This document shows positions 9,917 through 21,006 of a stretch of DNA of 64,000 nt, one piece after another (within the stretch, counting starts at the first letter, position 1; every line of letters starts with the position of its first letter). The notes under the pieces were generated by a model. The model was not told the origin of the DNA, searched no databases, and worked only from the letters and a program-made list of their open reading frames with translations. The stretch lies in the IMG/VR virus record IMGVR_UViG_2907128583_000005, positions 96,001-160,000 of that record. The stretch is one strand, 5' to 3'. A program made the position numbers and the translations under genes. Source of the stretch: a virus. Lineage: Duplodnaviria; Caudoviricetes.

Positions 9917-11179
9917 TTATTTACTGAAGCAATCATTAGTGCTCTCACGGATTCTTTTAATTAAATCCTCGCCCTTTTCTTCGTCCCATTGATTTAAATA
10001 AATACACTTCCAACCCAAGCAGTATTTTTTCTTCTGGTAGATTTTTAATTTTTGAACAAGTTTGTAGTAAGTCATCCCATGTTCTCTACTCGTATTAACT
10101 CTTACTTCATCAATTTTTATCATGTATCGTTTACCATCTTCGTTCCAATACTTCTTATACATCAATTTCCTCCTTCTTAGAAAAAATATTCAGTAAATAA
10201 TCTTCATATATCGATCTAAACGCCTCTTCTTCCTGCTCCCACAAATTTTCTGAGACATCTATCCCATATCCAGCATTACATCCTTGTCGGAAAAAATAAC
10301 AACATAACTGCCTAAAATCATCTTTTTTTATGTATGGCATATTTTACGGCTCCCATTTATAAAGCTCATATTTATCATCTGTCAATTTATAAAAATCGGA
10401 ACTATAGTCTCCCGAAAACTTTTCATTCAGGAAATCAACAATAGCGTTGCCATAGTGCTCACTTACATTCTCACAAACTAATTTGTCACTCACTGATTCC
10501 CTGTCAAAATTATCTATGCAGACAATCTTCATTCTAATTCCTCCAACGCTTCCTCTAAACTTTTAATTTCGCCCCAACCATATTTATAATAAAAGCTATG
10601 GTGATTATCATGACTATCTATGTATAACTCATAGTAATCTTCGCCTTCTTCGTTGCATCCATTCACCCACCATATATCCATGTTTGGGTCATTTGTTCGC
10701 TCTCCTACCATGTGCCTTGTGACATCTGGCAATCTTTTTAACTCAATAATCATATTTTCTCCTCCTTATAAAACGTGCCTTTTACTGAAACAGTTTAATG
10801 AACTCCTCTTTCTTTGCGCTTGCTTCATTCTCCAATTTTACTAATTCAGAATTTCTTCCCCAAGATGATAACACGATAGTCATCGCGCTCGTTTCTTTAT
10901 TTACTTGATCGTTAAACATTTTTATTATTTTCTTGTATTGAGCTTCTGATATTTTTCTCATTGTTCAACTCCTTATGAAACAGACCATCAACTATTCTTA
11001 ATTAAGTTTACTTTATTATCAATAAATTCAATCGTTCTCTCAAATGCTGAGTAATCTAAGTTGTTCATTGTTTCTTCTTGTAACTCAAGTAAAGTTTCCT
11101 TAATAGCTTTGTAGTGTTGAAGAATCATTCTCTTTTCGTTGACTTGTAGTTTATTATTATCGAAGCGTCCCATACCCAA
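9917..11179 (-). CDS. Run of small hypothetical ORFs (9917-10165, 10155-10340, 10344-10532, 10529-10753, 10988-11179)
   Basis: Abutting or overlapping co-oriented ORFs. Confidence 0.6.
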
Positions 11180-11212
11180 TTCTCCCCTTTCTTAATAAAA
11201 GAACTCTTTTAG

Positions 11213-11569
11213 CTAATTTCTATGATCGATTGTCCAAACAACTTCCTTATGATTGTTACTTTGAGATTGAAATTTCCATCCATTGTTTGTCATTTCTACG
11301 GCGTGTTGAAGATACTCTTCATAATTTTCATATTCATAAGTTTTAATTTCATACAGAAGCTTTGGCAAACTGCTTTCCTCCTCTATACTTTCTTTTTTCA
11401 ATTGTATAACTTCAGAATGATTAGCTTGCTTGCTAATTAGCGACTCTGGAATTAAGTATCCTCTACAAATCGGACATTTGTCATAATCAAATACCCACTT
11501 CTCCCCACAGCCCTCATAGTGAGATAGATGGAATAAATGCCTCTTGGGTACTCCAATACAGTGATACAT
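11213..11569 (-). CDS. Zn-ribbon hypothetical protein
   Basis: GAGGTG RBS before MYHC; CPIC motif. Confidence 0.6.
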   Translation of the reverse strand: MYHCIGVPKRHLFHLSHYEGCGEKWVFDYDKCPICRGYLIPESLISKQANHSEVIQLKKESIEEESSLPKLLYEIKTYEYENYEEYLQHAVEMTNNGWKFQSQSNNHKEVVWTIDHRN

Positions 11570-11616
11570 TTTACTCACCTCTTTTTTTGAATTGATATGT
11601 ATCTTTCCATAAATCA

Positions 11617-11663
11617 ATTATAGCATCCATCTTGTTTGATATCAATATATTTCATTATTTTTG
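11617..11663 (-). promoter_or_regulatory. SigA promoter TTGATA-N17-(TG)TATAAT with upstream operator-like motif
   Basis: -35 at 11640-11645, -10 at 11617-11622, motif TTCATTATTTTT at 11651. Confidence 0.75.
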
Positions 11664-11675
11664 CTTATTTAAATA

Positions 11676-11702
11676 AAAAAAACCTCCATTAAAGGAGGCT
11701 TT
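11676..11702 (-). terminator. Rho-independent terminator
   Basis: GCCTCC-TTTAAT-GGAGGT followed by T run. Confidence 0.7.
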
Positions 11703-11705
11703 GCA

Positions 11706-12218
11706 CTAACTAATACGCAAATGCTTTTTATCTGTCACTAATTCAACACCTTCAACAACTTTACCCTGTTTTACGGCAGCCAATAACCCCTTGGTATCAA
11801 TCTTATCGGGTTGCGGAATTCTGTATGTATTAGGAATAGCTCTTTCATTCACAATATTAATGGATGGAGGATTCTTTTGTAGTCTAACTTTAAATAGACC
11901 TGCGTCTATCTTGTCAATTTTATTTACTTCTAGCACAGCTTGAGTGTAGCTCTTTAATCCTTCTATTTTGTTCTGAAGGTATTTGCGTTTTTTTGCAAGT
12001 CGATCTTCTTCTTCTTTTAAGGCTTTGATATCTCCCTCGATGTTTTTCATGAACTTAGCGATATTCTCTGCCTTATTACTAATCTCATCTTCAATAGATT
12101 CTAGTGTCTCAATGTACAGTTGCAAATCATCTTCCGTTAAATCGTCATTGTCCCACGCAGAATCTACAAAATTGTTAAATACTCTATACTGCTCCCCAAG
12201 CTCATATAACTTACTCAT
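11706..12218 (-). CDS. Siphovirus Gp157 family protein
   Basis: MSKLYEL..., KAENIAKFMKNIEGD, LQKNPPS, KHLRIS. Confidence 0.9.
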   Translation of the reverse strand: MSKLYELGEQYRVFNNFVDSAWDNDDLTEDDLQLYIETLESIEDEISNKAENIAKFMKNIEGDIKALKEEEDRLAKKRKYLQNKIEGLKSYTQAVLEVNKIDKIDAGLFKVRLQKNPPSINIVNERAIPNTYRIPQPDKIDTKGLLAAVKQGKVVEGVELVTDKKHLRIS

Positions 12219-12393
12219 ACTTTATCATCCTTTTGTATGTATTATGGTAAAATCTATGTTTTATACTAGTAAATAGTAACAAAACTTTTCCTTGCTATAT
12301 ATTTTTATTCATATTATACTTTTTCAGTAAGTTTTTTTGGGAAGTAATGCTGGCCAGCTTACTATATAACCCCAATATCAAGGAGGATATACT

Positions 12394-13554
12394 ATGTTAA
12401 AAGTAGCTAAAGTTGCTTTATCTGTTTTGCTCCTATCAGCATCAATCCCTTCTTTAATGGCAAATGCCCAAGAAAATGCTACTCCCAACAACTATGACCA
12501 GTATATTAAAGAAGCGATTGAACAAGAAATCTTACTAGATAAAGGTGCATCTAGTACTGCAAAAGGCATGTCAACTTTGAGCAATAAGGAATTCGATAAA
12601 ACTTTAGACAACATCACAGAAAGTTCTAGCATTAGTCAAACCACAAAGGAAAACATCAAAAAATTAGAAAATGCAGAAGTTGTTCTTCTAGACTTCGATT
12701 CAGATGGAGAATTAATTAACGCAACTTCCTCCGATAAAGGCGATATCCGATCAAACTTTGAAACAAGAGAAATCACAACTACAGAATCTACATACGGAAC
12801 TGAACCACATGAAAGAATCTCTACACAATCTTACTTAGGTAATCAAGGAAACACAGCAGGCAAAGAAACAGGGGCATTCCATCGCCTTCAAACTCCCGCT
12901 AGTAACACTAATAAAATATATAATGGCGTAGTTGCAGACTCTGTTGTTTTGCCAACTTATAATATCACTGATGCTTTGAAATATTCAGAGGCAGCCTACT
13001 TATACACTGGTGTTGATGGAGTAGCTGAAGTTGGATTTGAAGGAATTGCTTCTCAGTTTACTCCAGCTGGGTGGTATCCAATGTTCCATGCAAAATCAAA
13101 TCATACTGTTGATTCAGGAAATACCAATGGCATACCACAACCTAGTAGTGGAAAATATTATTATGATACAACTAAAAAGTTCTATGGTGGTGACAAAATT
13201 AACGGCTATAAAGTATATTATTACTCAACAGACTCAACCCTCACCATTAGAGAGCAAATAAATTACTCGGATATTTATGTTGTTAGATTTAATGGGTTAG
13301 GAAGTACAGGTAGATCAGTTAAGCGGCTAACTGCAATAGCTATGGGCTCTGCCACTTCAACCACCAGCCCATTCCACTATGGATACACTACACCTGCTAT
13401 TTGGAACAATATGAAATTTCTAACTAACAATAGTTCCAGTTCAGTTTACCCAAGTAGTGTCTCCGGATTAAGCAACGATGTATGGACTCATGGAGGAAAA
13501 ATAGATTATACCACGTCAGGGCAGTCAGAAAGATATGTCTTTTCAGTAAATTGA
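12394..13554 (+). CDS. Secreted protein (host-like cargo)
   Basis: Signal peptide ending ANA; S/T/G-rich beta domain; AAGGAGG RBS. Confidence 0.75.
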   Translation: MLKVAKVALSVLLLSASIPSLMANAQENATPNNYDQYIKEAIEQEILLDKGASSTAKGMSTLSNKEFDKTLDNITESSSISQTTKENIKKLENAEVVLLDFDSDGELINATSSDKGDIRSNFETREITTTESTYGTEPHERISTQSYLGNQGNTAGKETGAFHRLQTPASNTNKIYNGVVADSVVLPTYNITDALKYSEAAYLYTGVDGVAEVGFEGIASQFTPAGWYPMFHAKSNHTVDSGNTNGIPQPSSGKYYYDTTKKFYGGDKINGYKVYYYSTDSTLTIREQINYSDIYVVRFNGLGSTGRSVKRLTAIAMGSATSTTSPFHYGYTTPAIWNNMKFLTNNSSSSVYPSSVSGLSNDVWTHGGKIDYTTSGQSERYVFSVN

Positions 13555-13585
13555 TTGTACTTTGAATTAAAAGGAGAAAGACATC

Positions 13586-14056
13586 ATGAAAAGATTCTTT
13601 ATGGTTTCTGTGTTTCTTATTTTTTCACTTGCATTAAGCGTACAAGCCAGTGCAACAAAACATCCTTATAATTACACAATTAATGTGGAGGTAAACAATG
13701 TTCCTGTTAATTTCGGAACTAATTCAGATGCGCCTCCGTATATTGATAATGCTACAAATACAGCTTTTGTTCCTCTTCGTTTTGTTTCTGAAAATTTAGG
13801 TGGCAAAGTAACAGATTGGAATAAAGCTTTGCAACAAGTCACCATCCAATCGAAAGACGGAACTGTAATTAAATTAGCGGTCGGTAGCAAAATTGCGTAT
13901 GTCAATGGTGAAAAGAAAACCTTGCTTGTTGCACCGCAAAGTCCGGCAACTCGCATTCAAGTTCCATTGCGAATTGTTTCTGAAGTATTGGGAGCTAAAG
14001 TTAATGCTAAAAAAATAGATGGAACATTGAATGTGAACATTACAACTTCCAATTAA
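13586..14056 (+). CDS. Copper amine oxidase N-terminal (stalk) domain secreted protein
   Basis: PYIDN..AFVPLRFVSENLG; VPLRIVSEVLGAKV; domain typical of Paenibacillaceae. Confidence 0.85.
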   Translation: MKRFFMVSVFLIFSLALSVQASATKHPYNYTINVEVNNVPVNFGTNSDAPPYIDNATNTAFVPLRFVSENLGGKVTDWNKALQQVTIQSKDGTVIKLAVGSKIAYVNGEKKTLLVAPQSPATRIQVPLRIVSEVLGAKVNAKKIDGTLNVNITTSN

Positions 14057-14070
14057 TAATTCTCTAATCT

Positions 14071-14100
14071 AGACCACCTTTATGATAAGGTGGTCTTTTT
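14071..14100 (+). terminator. Rho-independent terminator
   Basis: AGACCACCTT-tatgat-AAGGTGGTCT followed by TTTT. Confidence 0.8.
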
Positions 14101-14291
14101 CATGTTGTTTTTGTTCGACTTAGGAAGAGTGATCCTTTTTCCCAGCTTTTTGAAAGATAGACTTTAAAAGAATTAAAACTTTGTTGTATAATCTTGACTC
14201 AATAAAAGTCCTCTTTTATACAATTACTTGTGCTTTATTTAATGAGAAGTCTATAATATAAATACTAACTCTCACTAAAGGTGGTAACTTA

Positions 14292-14735
14292 ATGGTGCTC
14301 TCTCCTAAGCCACTCAAAGAATTTGATAAATCAAAAATCAATTTTTCTGACGGCACTCGTTACTTATTAAATAGTAGAAAAAATACTGCAATCAAGATAC
14401 CATCAACTGTAATTAAATTGTTACTGAAATTAAATGCTAACATATTTCTAGCGGACACTTTGATCACAGCTCTTCATCTAAGGTCATTTGGACATGATGA
14501 CCTTATAATTAAAAACTGGCACGAATCTTCTTATCGCATGTATGCATTCCCCAATTCAGAGCCAAACCAGAGGTTTTTGAAGTTTATGAGTACCGTATTT
14601 AAGTCAACGTCTCACGAACTAACTGAGAACGAAGTGGATACCTTAATCTACTTTTTTGCAAGAGTTCCTCATGGATATGCCCTCCCCGATAACCTTATTC
14701 ATTGTCACTATGAACTGAGACACACTATTCTCTAG
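14292..14735 (+). CDS. Hypothetical protein (inverted cassette with its own terminator)
   Basis: AAGGTGG RBS; hairpin 14737-14762; flanked by sites 14203 and 14765. Confidence 0.65.
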   Translation: MVLSPKPLKEFDKSKINFSDGTRYLLNSRKNTAIKIPSTVIKLLLKLNANIFLADTLITALHLRSFGHDDLIIKNWHESSYRMYAFPNSEPNQRFLKFMSTVFKSTSHELTENEVDTLIYFFARVPHGYALPDNLIHCHYELRHTIL

Positions 14736-14772
14736 GGAGCGGTCTGTAAGGCTGCTCTTTTTAATCAAATTT

Positions 14773-14976
14773 CTATTTGATTAGATTCAAATAAATAGAA
14801 CAAGCTAGAATAAAAGCTACAATATCGTCGATAGTTCTAGGTGTGATTGTGCCATAAAATATTTTTTCTGCAATCGTCCATAGAAGACCTATCACGCAGT
14901 AAATTACCAATACATTAATAAAATCAATGATAAAAAGAAGTGTGCCAGTAAAAAAGTTAACCAAGAATATAACCAC
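14773..14976 (-). CDS. Small membrane protein
   Basis: Hydrophobic ORF. Confidence 0.6.
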   Translation of the reverse strand: MVIFLVNFFTGTLLFIIDFINVLVIYCVIGLLWTIAEKIFYGTITPRTIDDIVAFILACSIYLNLIK

Positions 14977-15032
14977 TCCTTTCTAAGCAATTAGCATTGC
15001 TTCTATTTGCTTCAACTAAAATTGCGATTTTA

Positions 15033-15824
15033 TTAATAATATAAATCGTCTAAAAATCGTTCTTTATGTATCAACAATTCTTCTTTAATTTCTTTATAGC
15101 TCTTTTTCAGCAATAACAACGAAGCAATAGTCTTTTCTACTTTTACTACTTTTCTCAAGTCTTCCGTAGAAAGCGCATCTCTTAAATTATCATTCTTATC
15201 CAGATCGTAGTATTCTTTCATTTTCTTTGCGTTAGAATCAAAAATAATCTGATAGACTAAGTTCGTAAATGTTGAATACTCAAATCCATCTTTTAATCCA
15301 CCAATGAAATAGTGTTTGATAGCATCTGTCAGTTGAACACGTTCAATCCGTGCTATTTCTCTTTGTACTGCCCATTCCTTTTGTTCTTTTAATGATACTT
15401 GCTCAATGTTCAATAAATAATGTCTTATTGATTTTGCTATTTCGCTATCTCTAAGCAGCATACCAATTCTAAGCATACCTCTTCTATTTAATAACATTAA
15501 GCTTCTTGTTTTGCTTCCTACAATTTTGTCAGGTACATTATGTACCTCGCAAAATTTAGCTAATGACTTACCTTTTAGTACTCTAACTTCTGAATAATCA
15601 TTAAACTCCTCTCTATTTCTTTTAATAACTTGTTTAACAGTTTCAATGCTTGTTTCATAATAATTCGAAATAGTCTCAATAGTAACTTCGTTTTTGTCAC
15701 CTAGAGTAGCAAAGAAACTAAAGCGTTCAAGCACATTATCTCGGAATACATGATCGTCTCGCAGATCTCTTAGTTCAATTAAATTTTCTTCGTTTATGTT
15801 TTTATTATTTTTATCTTTTCTCAA
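15033..15824 (-). CDS. Phage DNA-binding/antirepressor-like protein
   Basis: LRIGMLLRDS motif shared with 48824-49882; C-terminal YSTFTNLVYQ...NLRD domain. Confidence 0.65.
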   Translation of the reverse strand: MRKDKNNKNINEENLIELRDLRDDHVFRDNVLERFSFFATLGDKNEVTIETISNYYETSIETVKQVIKRNREEFNDYSEVRVLKGKSLAKFCEVHNVPDKIVGSKTRSLMLLNRRGMLRIGMLLRDSEIAKSIRHYLLNIEQVSLKEQKEWAVQREIARIERVQLTDAIKHYFIGGLKDGFEYSTFTNLVYQIIFDSNAKKMKEYYDLDKNDNLRDALSTEDLRKVVKVEKTIASLLLLKKSYKEIKEELLIHKERFLDDLYY

Positions 15825-15857
15825 TTTAGCATTTCCTTTCTATATAAAATTCTTATT

Positions 15858-16352
15858 TCACAGTATTTTTTGGTTAGATCTCCACATTAAATCCATGTAT
15901 CCATCTTGACTATCAATTCCCCAATCTTCAAAAATCGACTCTACTGTTTCTTCCTTTGATATGACTATGAATAAATCTCCAAGTTTACCTATGTATGTTT
16001 TTTGAGCTTCGTTTGAATAATCACTTTCACCTTCCCAATGGACATATATCTCATCCTTTGAGTCATCATCGTACACAATATCGATAACAACAATATCACC
16101 ACTAGTAAGACGGTCAAAGGTGTTTTGTTTAAAACCTTCATCTTCCACACCAAACACTTGATAGTCTGTATTTGCATTTTTATTAACAACAATTGAAAAA
16201 GTATCGCATATATCCATAAATCTAATGTCGCCATAATGTCGAATAATGCTTTTTCTAACATTAGTAACACTAAAATTTCCTATGTATTTGGCATCAATCG
16301 ATAAAGATTCACAATTCTCTAAACCAAACAAAATCTCTTTTAATTTCTTCAT
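15858..16352 (-). CDS. Hypothetical phage protein
   Basis: Long ORF with RBS. Confidence 0.7.
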   Translation of the reverse strand: MKKLKEILFGLENCESLSIDAKYIGNFSVTNVRKSIIRHYGDIRFMDICDTFSIVVNKNANTDYQVFGVEDEGFKQNTFDRLTSGDIVVIDIVYDDDSKDEIYVHWEGESDYSNEAQKTYIGKLGDLFIVISKEETVESIFEDWGIDSQDGYMDLMWRSNQKIL

Positions 16353-16363
16353 TAAACCACTTC

Positions 16364-16639
16364 CTATGTATTTTTATTTGATCTAGCTTTAGCCATTCTA
16401 TCGGCAGCAGCCTTTCTCTGTTCGGGTGTCCAGTTACGTCCACTACTCTTGGTACGAAATGAAACCTGTCCATAATCACCCTTGAAGTAGTGACCACCAT
16501 CTGCATCAACTCGAAGCAGCTCTAAACCAGCCTTTTTGATTTTTGTGATTGTTTTAGGTGAGCAACTATACACTTCCCACTCATTTGTTTCATCGTTACA
16601 GACACATACTGTTTCACGCTCAATTGCTGTTAGACTCAT
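16364..16639 (-). CDS. Hypothetical phage protein
   Basis: Coupled to upstream ORF. Confidence 0.7.
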   Translation of the reverse strand: MSLTAIERETVCVCNDETNEWEVYSCSPKTITKIKKAGLELLRVDADGGHYFKGDYGQVSFRTKSSGRNWTPEQRKAAADRMAKARSNKNT

Positions 16640-17151
16640 TATTTTTTGGATCTCGCTTTCTTAAGTTTATTTAAAATTTTTCGTGCCTTTTTTGAGGCAG
16701 TAGCCTCTTCGTGCAGTACCGATGATACTATATGATCTGTATTTATCAGTTTAACTTTTTCACTTTCTACTTTTCTGCCTTCAAGAAAAGCCCCTCTTAA
16801 TTCGATTTCTTTCAATGCCTTATCTCTACTCTTCTCATCGTCATATTCAACATCTACCCAATACTCCATTATCCCATCAACCCCATGGACAACCTCAGCT
16901 ATTTCATAATGATTTCCCTCAATACTTATACTTTCACCCTTGTCTAATAACCTATGGAACTGGTCTGTTTCTTTAAGTGTAATGAGTTCTAAATCTTTTG
17001 TCTTTTTAAATCCTAAACGACCATCATTATCCGATTTATCATTATATTTAAAGTCGCCGATCCCAATAGAATAACCCCACCAACTTAAAGGCTGACTTCT
17101 CTCCATATAATAAATTTTCTTAGTAGTTCTTGCCTTTATAATACTCTTCAT
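16639..17151 (-). CDS. Hypothetical protein
   Basis: ORF with AAGGGG RBS. Confidence 0.7.
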   Translation of the reverse strand: MKSIIKARTTKKIYYMERSQPLSWWGYSIGIGDFKYNDKSDNDGRLGFKKTKDLELITLKETDQFHRLLDKGESISIEGNHYEIAEVVHGVDGIMEYWVDVEYDDEKSRDKALKEIELRGAFLEGRKVESEKVKLINTDHIVSSVLHEEATASKKARKILNKLKKARSKK

Positions 17152-17375
17152 TTGTACATTCCCCTTTCAGTGTAAAAGTTTCATTTCATCGTGTTTCTGT
17201 TTGTTCTATCTTCAAACGACTATTCAAATGACCACAGATCTTACATCTTTTTTCATGAGTGAACCAATTTCCTTCTTTGACTTCAAGCAATTCGTATTCA
17301 TGCTTATGATTACTTTTTTTAGTCGGCATAATGCCCTCCATTTCAAAACCCTATCATTATGAAATGCTGATTTCA

Positions 17376-17753
17376 TCAAATATTTACTTCAATATGTATT
17401 TTATTTTTATTAATTGACTTCAACGAAGCACCTAGATTCATCTCTAAATCTCTTTCTAGCGATACCTCTTCTTTTCCCTCAAAGTACTCTCTAATCATTT
17501 CTTTTGCATAGTTTATAATTAGTTCTTGGTTAGCGATCAATTCAACACATTTTTCAAGAAATGAGCTTCGCAATTCGTTACTCCAATCATGTATAATAAT
17601 ATATTTTTTTAGTCTGATCTTCTTAAACTTTCCATGGCATTTGAATGCCACTTTAATTTTTAGTGAGTCAATTTTATAGTCCCCATTGTACCCTGCACTG
17701 ACAGACACATCTGCTTTAACTTTCACCGTTATCCTCCAATTCCCAATCTTCAA
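17376..17753 (-). CDS. Hypothetical protein
   Basis: Stop abuts site 17360-17375. Confidence 0.6.
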   Translation of the reverse strand: MKIGNWRITVKVKADVSVSAGYNGDYKIDSLKIKVAFKCHGKFKKIRLKKYIIIHDWSNELRSSFLEKCVELIANQELIINYAKEMIREYFEGKEEVSLERDLEMNLGASLKSINKNKIHIEVNI

Positions 17754-17822
17754 CTCTCTCTGACTTTTGAAGCATATACTCTCACATATTTGTCTTTATT
17801 CTTGATCAAAGATCGATTTTAT

Positions 17823-18014
17823 TTACACATCGCTTTTTAATTGATCTAATATTGTTCTATAATCAGAGAACTTTTCTTTGTAAATTTCAATTCGACTTTG
17901 AACTAACTCCAACTTATGCCCCAAATCTTCCTTTTCTCTCTCTAAATCAGAAATAAAGTTTTCGTAGTAGTCTAACTGCTGCTCAATAAAATGTTTTGCG
18001 CTTTGAACGCTCAG
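17823..18014 (-). CDS. 63-aa coiled-coil protein with CTG start (not in ORF track)
   Basis: AAGGAG RBS then CTG AGC GTT CAA; fills the interval between sites 17806 and 18035. Confidence 0.55.
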   Translation of the reverse strand: MSVQSAKHFIEQQLDYYENFISDLEREKEDLGHKLELVQSRIEIYKEKFSDYRTILDQLKSDV

Positions 18015-18177
18015 ATAAATCTCTCCTTTCCTGATGAAATATCAATTTCACACACGATATAATTTAATTTTAATATGTTGTTCACATTATATTCACTATC
18101 GTTACATTTATTTCAAACTATTGTTTACTTATGGTAATTTTTTCTCTATGATAGATCTGTATCCCAAATAAGAGAGG

Positions 18178-18501
18178 ATGATTGAGATGAAAAAGAAACT
18201 TTTAGTTGGCTTGTTGACTGTTGTTGCGTGTTTCACTCTTGGATCAACATCTTTTGCTGCAAGCACTGAAACAGCAAACCCCAACAATGTATCAACGGCA
18301 AGTGTTGTAACTCCTTCTGCGACAAAATATATCACTTGGCAAATTGTTTTACCAAAGTCTCAGTTCCCTACCCTTGGAGATATTCCAACAACTACTAGTT
18401 ATAACGTAGATCCATATCGTGGAACATTAACGCTGAGTTCAGTTGATGGACAAACTGGTTACACTTGGACAGTCACTTATGCTGGATGGGTTACTTATTA
18501 A
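18178..18501 (+). CDS. Small secreted protein (inverted cassette)
   Basis: Signal peptide ending SFA; C-terminal YRGTL...WTVTYAG beta motif; downstream hairpin 18519-18556. Confidence 0.75.
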   Translation: MIEMKKKLLVGLLTVVACFTLGSTSFAASTETANPNNVSTASVVTPSATKYITWQIVLPKSQFPTLGDIPTTTSYNVDPYRGTLTLSSVDGQTGYTWTVTYAGWVTY

Positions 18502-18596
18502 TATTTAAAACTGTATAAGACCTCCTTGAGTATTTTTATATATTTGAGGAGGTTTTAACCTCGCATATTTGTTGAAGTTACATTTCATTAAAATCT

Positions 18597-19001
18597 TTAT
18601 TTTACTGGGTAGTCTTCCTTATAAATTTTTTCATACAATCGTCTTACGTCCACTTGAAAGTAAATTTTTTCTGGCTCCAAAGGATCACCAACTTCAAAAG
18701 TCCAATCCCCGATCAAACCTTTCTTAATTTCGACTTCATCAATTAAACTCTCTTTGTAGTTAGCTTTAAGCACAAACTGTTCATAGATATCCAACCCTTC
18801 ATTGTCATCATATTGCCAATGTAGTAACGTTACCAGAAGTTCTGAGTTAGCAATTCCTGTATTATGAATTAACTGGATAATCTTTTGATCTGTAAACTTT
18901 TTAAAACGATTATCATTATTGAAATAATAATCGAAAACGTGAATTACATTTCCTATATCATCAGTTACTACTTTTGCATATCCATCAATAGGCGTAGCCA
19001 T
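18597..19001 (-). CDS. Hypothetical protein
   Basis: GGAGAGG RBS. Confidence 0.7.
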   Translation of the reverse strand: MATPIDGYAKVVTDDIGNVIHVFDYYFNNDNRFKKFTDQKIIQLIHNTGIANSELLVTLLHWQYDDNEGLDIYEQFVLKANYKESLIDEVEIKKGLIGDWTFEVGDPLEPEKIYFQVDVRRLYEKIYKEDYPVK

Positions 19002-19033
19002 AAATAGCGCATCCTCTCCATCAAAATTAAAAT

Positions 19034-20504
19034 CTACTCTTCATAAAACCCTTTAATGATTTCCTGTATATTTGTTTGCTCTATTGGTGGCAACATTGAT
19101 ATAACATCCAACAGCATTTCATACTTATGTATGAGTTTAATTCGCTCATTGCAGTCATTTTCTGAATAAACAAACCTATTTGAGCCGTATAATTTATCAT
19201 ACATACTGTGCTTGGCATCAGCTAAGTAAAACAAAAACTCATCCACACAAACACCTCACATTTACATAGTTCTGTTATACATGTATTTCATCTCTTCTTT
19301 TAAGGAGTCATACCCAAACACCTGAGTTACTTGAGGAAAAATCACTTTACTAAAGCACGATCCCAAATGTCTAACTGTTAAGATAATTTTATGATCCTTG
19401 TCTGATCGTTCATCAAGTTCAACAGACTTTTCATACAATAGACTTACTATAAACTCTGGTGGACATTCATCGTGTCTATACTCATTTTCAACGACTTCAT
19501 TTACTATTCTCTGAATAGCGTCAATGATATCCATCGCAAACACATCCTTATTCCACCGTCTCACATATGATCTTTTTATTTAAATGGCTAGTTCAATGAA
19601 AAATAAATTTCGCATTCCTTCCTCAAAAAACTAAATACCCCTTACTGATAGCACTAAGATCTATTTCATAGAGTTTCAGATAGTACCAATTTACTTCCTT
19701 TGATATGTCTGGAGAAATTTTTATTTTTTGAAACAGAGCTAATTGACGGATAAGCGCTATCTATATATCCGGTCTCAATATTAACCAATACAATGGGATA
19801 CTCATCTTCTTCAATATCCTCTGCAATGATATATACTCCAGAATCCTCGTCAATCAACAAGTCCCCTGTTTCTAATTCAACTAGCTCAGGTTCATTTTGA
19901 ATAAACTTCATCTTATCTCTCCTCTTCCGATCAAATACAGGTTTTACAAAATTTCTATTACCAACATCAGGTCAATATCCACGTCTATCATTGGGTCATA
20001 ATTACTCAAAGTATCAAATTCTATACGATTATCATTTAGATATTCTAAAGCTTTATCATGTGATGCCCATATATCGTCATTATTTTTGTCGATAAGAAGA
20101 ATATCCTTAGGCATAGTTAAGCCATATGCTATCCACTTATACATCACTCTCTACCTCACCTAGTCGTTCGATAAATTCCTGCACCTTTAACCCATACTGA
20201 GTCCTTGACTCCTTGGCTGCTTCAATAACCTGATTAATATTTGATCCTTTAGCTTTTACCTGCTTAACCATCTCATCAACGGAAGTTTCATTTATGTATT
20301 TAATCGTCTTAGTTCTGCTCATCAATATACATCCATTTTATCTTCAACAATTTGTTTTAAGTCGTAAATCTTATCGCGTAACTCTTGAAGCTCTCCATAA
20401 TCAATATCCTCAATTTCCAAGTAATTATATAATTCGGATAATCGTTCAAAGTTAAATGGCAACACTTTATCACTTCCAATCCAACAAAATTTCTCTAACT
20501 TCAT
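19034..20504 (-). CDS. Run of small hypothetical ORFs (19034-19246, 19262-19564, 19666-19911, 19944-20147, 20137-20325, 20322-20504)
   Basis: Co-oriented ORFs with RBSs. Confidence 0.6.
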
Positions 20505-21006
20505 TCCAGTTGTTTACTCGAAAAAATCGCTTCTCGTCAAGATTGTGTGGTGCATTATACAGAATCTTATTCCCTTTGAAATTCTCTAAATTTTTAGGTT
20601 TATCGTCAATTAAATAATTGGCTGCTATTATAGATTTGTCCCTTGTAAATACAAATTTATTTTCATCTAAAAAAGGGAAGTGTTTTACCAGCCATTTATA
20701 TTTAGGCACAACATTGTTCAAGTTGAATGGAGCTGTCACAATGTAGATATCATAATTGTAGTTCAATTCTTTCAGTACTTCTTGGCATCCCTCCATTACG
20801 GGCAGGTTATAAAAGAAGTCAGGTTCATCAAGATATTTATAAATTTTAATCCCACATTCTTCTTTGCATAGATGATGCCAATTCCAAGCGTTAATTTGAT
20901 CTGGGTGTAAATCATCACTGTAGTCAAGATTGTAACGCCGTACCCACTCACTGAGCAGGTCGGCAATAACATTGTCCTGATCGACAGCTAATACTTTCTT
21001 AGCCAT
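20470..21006 (-). CDS. 5'(3')-deoxyribonucleotidase (NT5C, HAD family; YorS-like)
   Basis: AVDQDNVIAD, IVTAP, YLIDDKPKNL. Confidence 0.9.
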   Translation of the reverse strand: MAKKVLAVDQDNVIADLLSEWVRRYNLDYSDDLHPDQINAWNWHHLCKEECGIKIYKYLDEPDFFYNLPVMEGCQEVLKELNYNYDIYIVTAPFNLNNVVPKYKWLVKHFPFLDENKFVFTRDKSIIAANYLIDDKPKNLENFKGNKILYNAPHNLDEKRFFRVNNWNEVREILLDWK

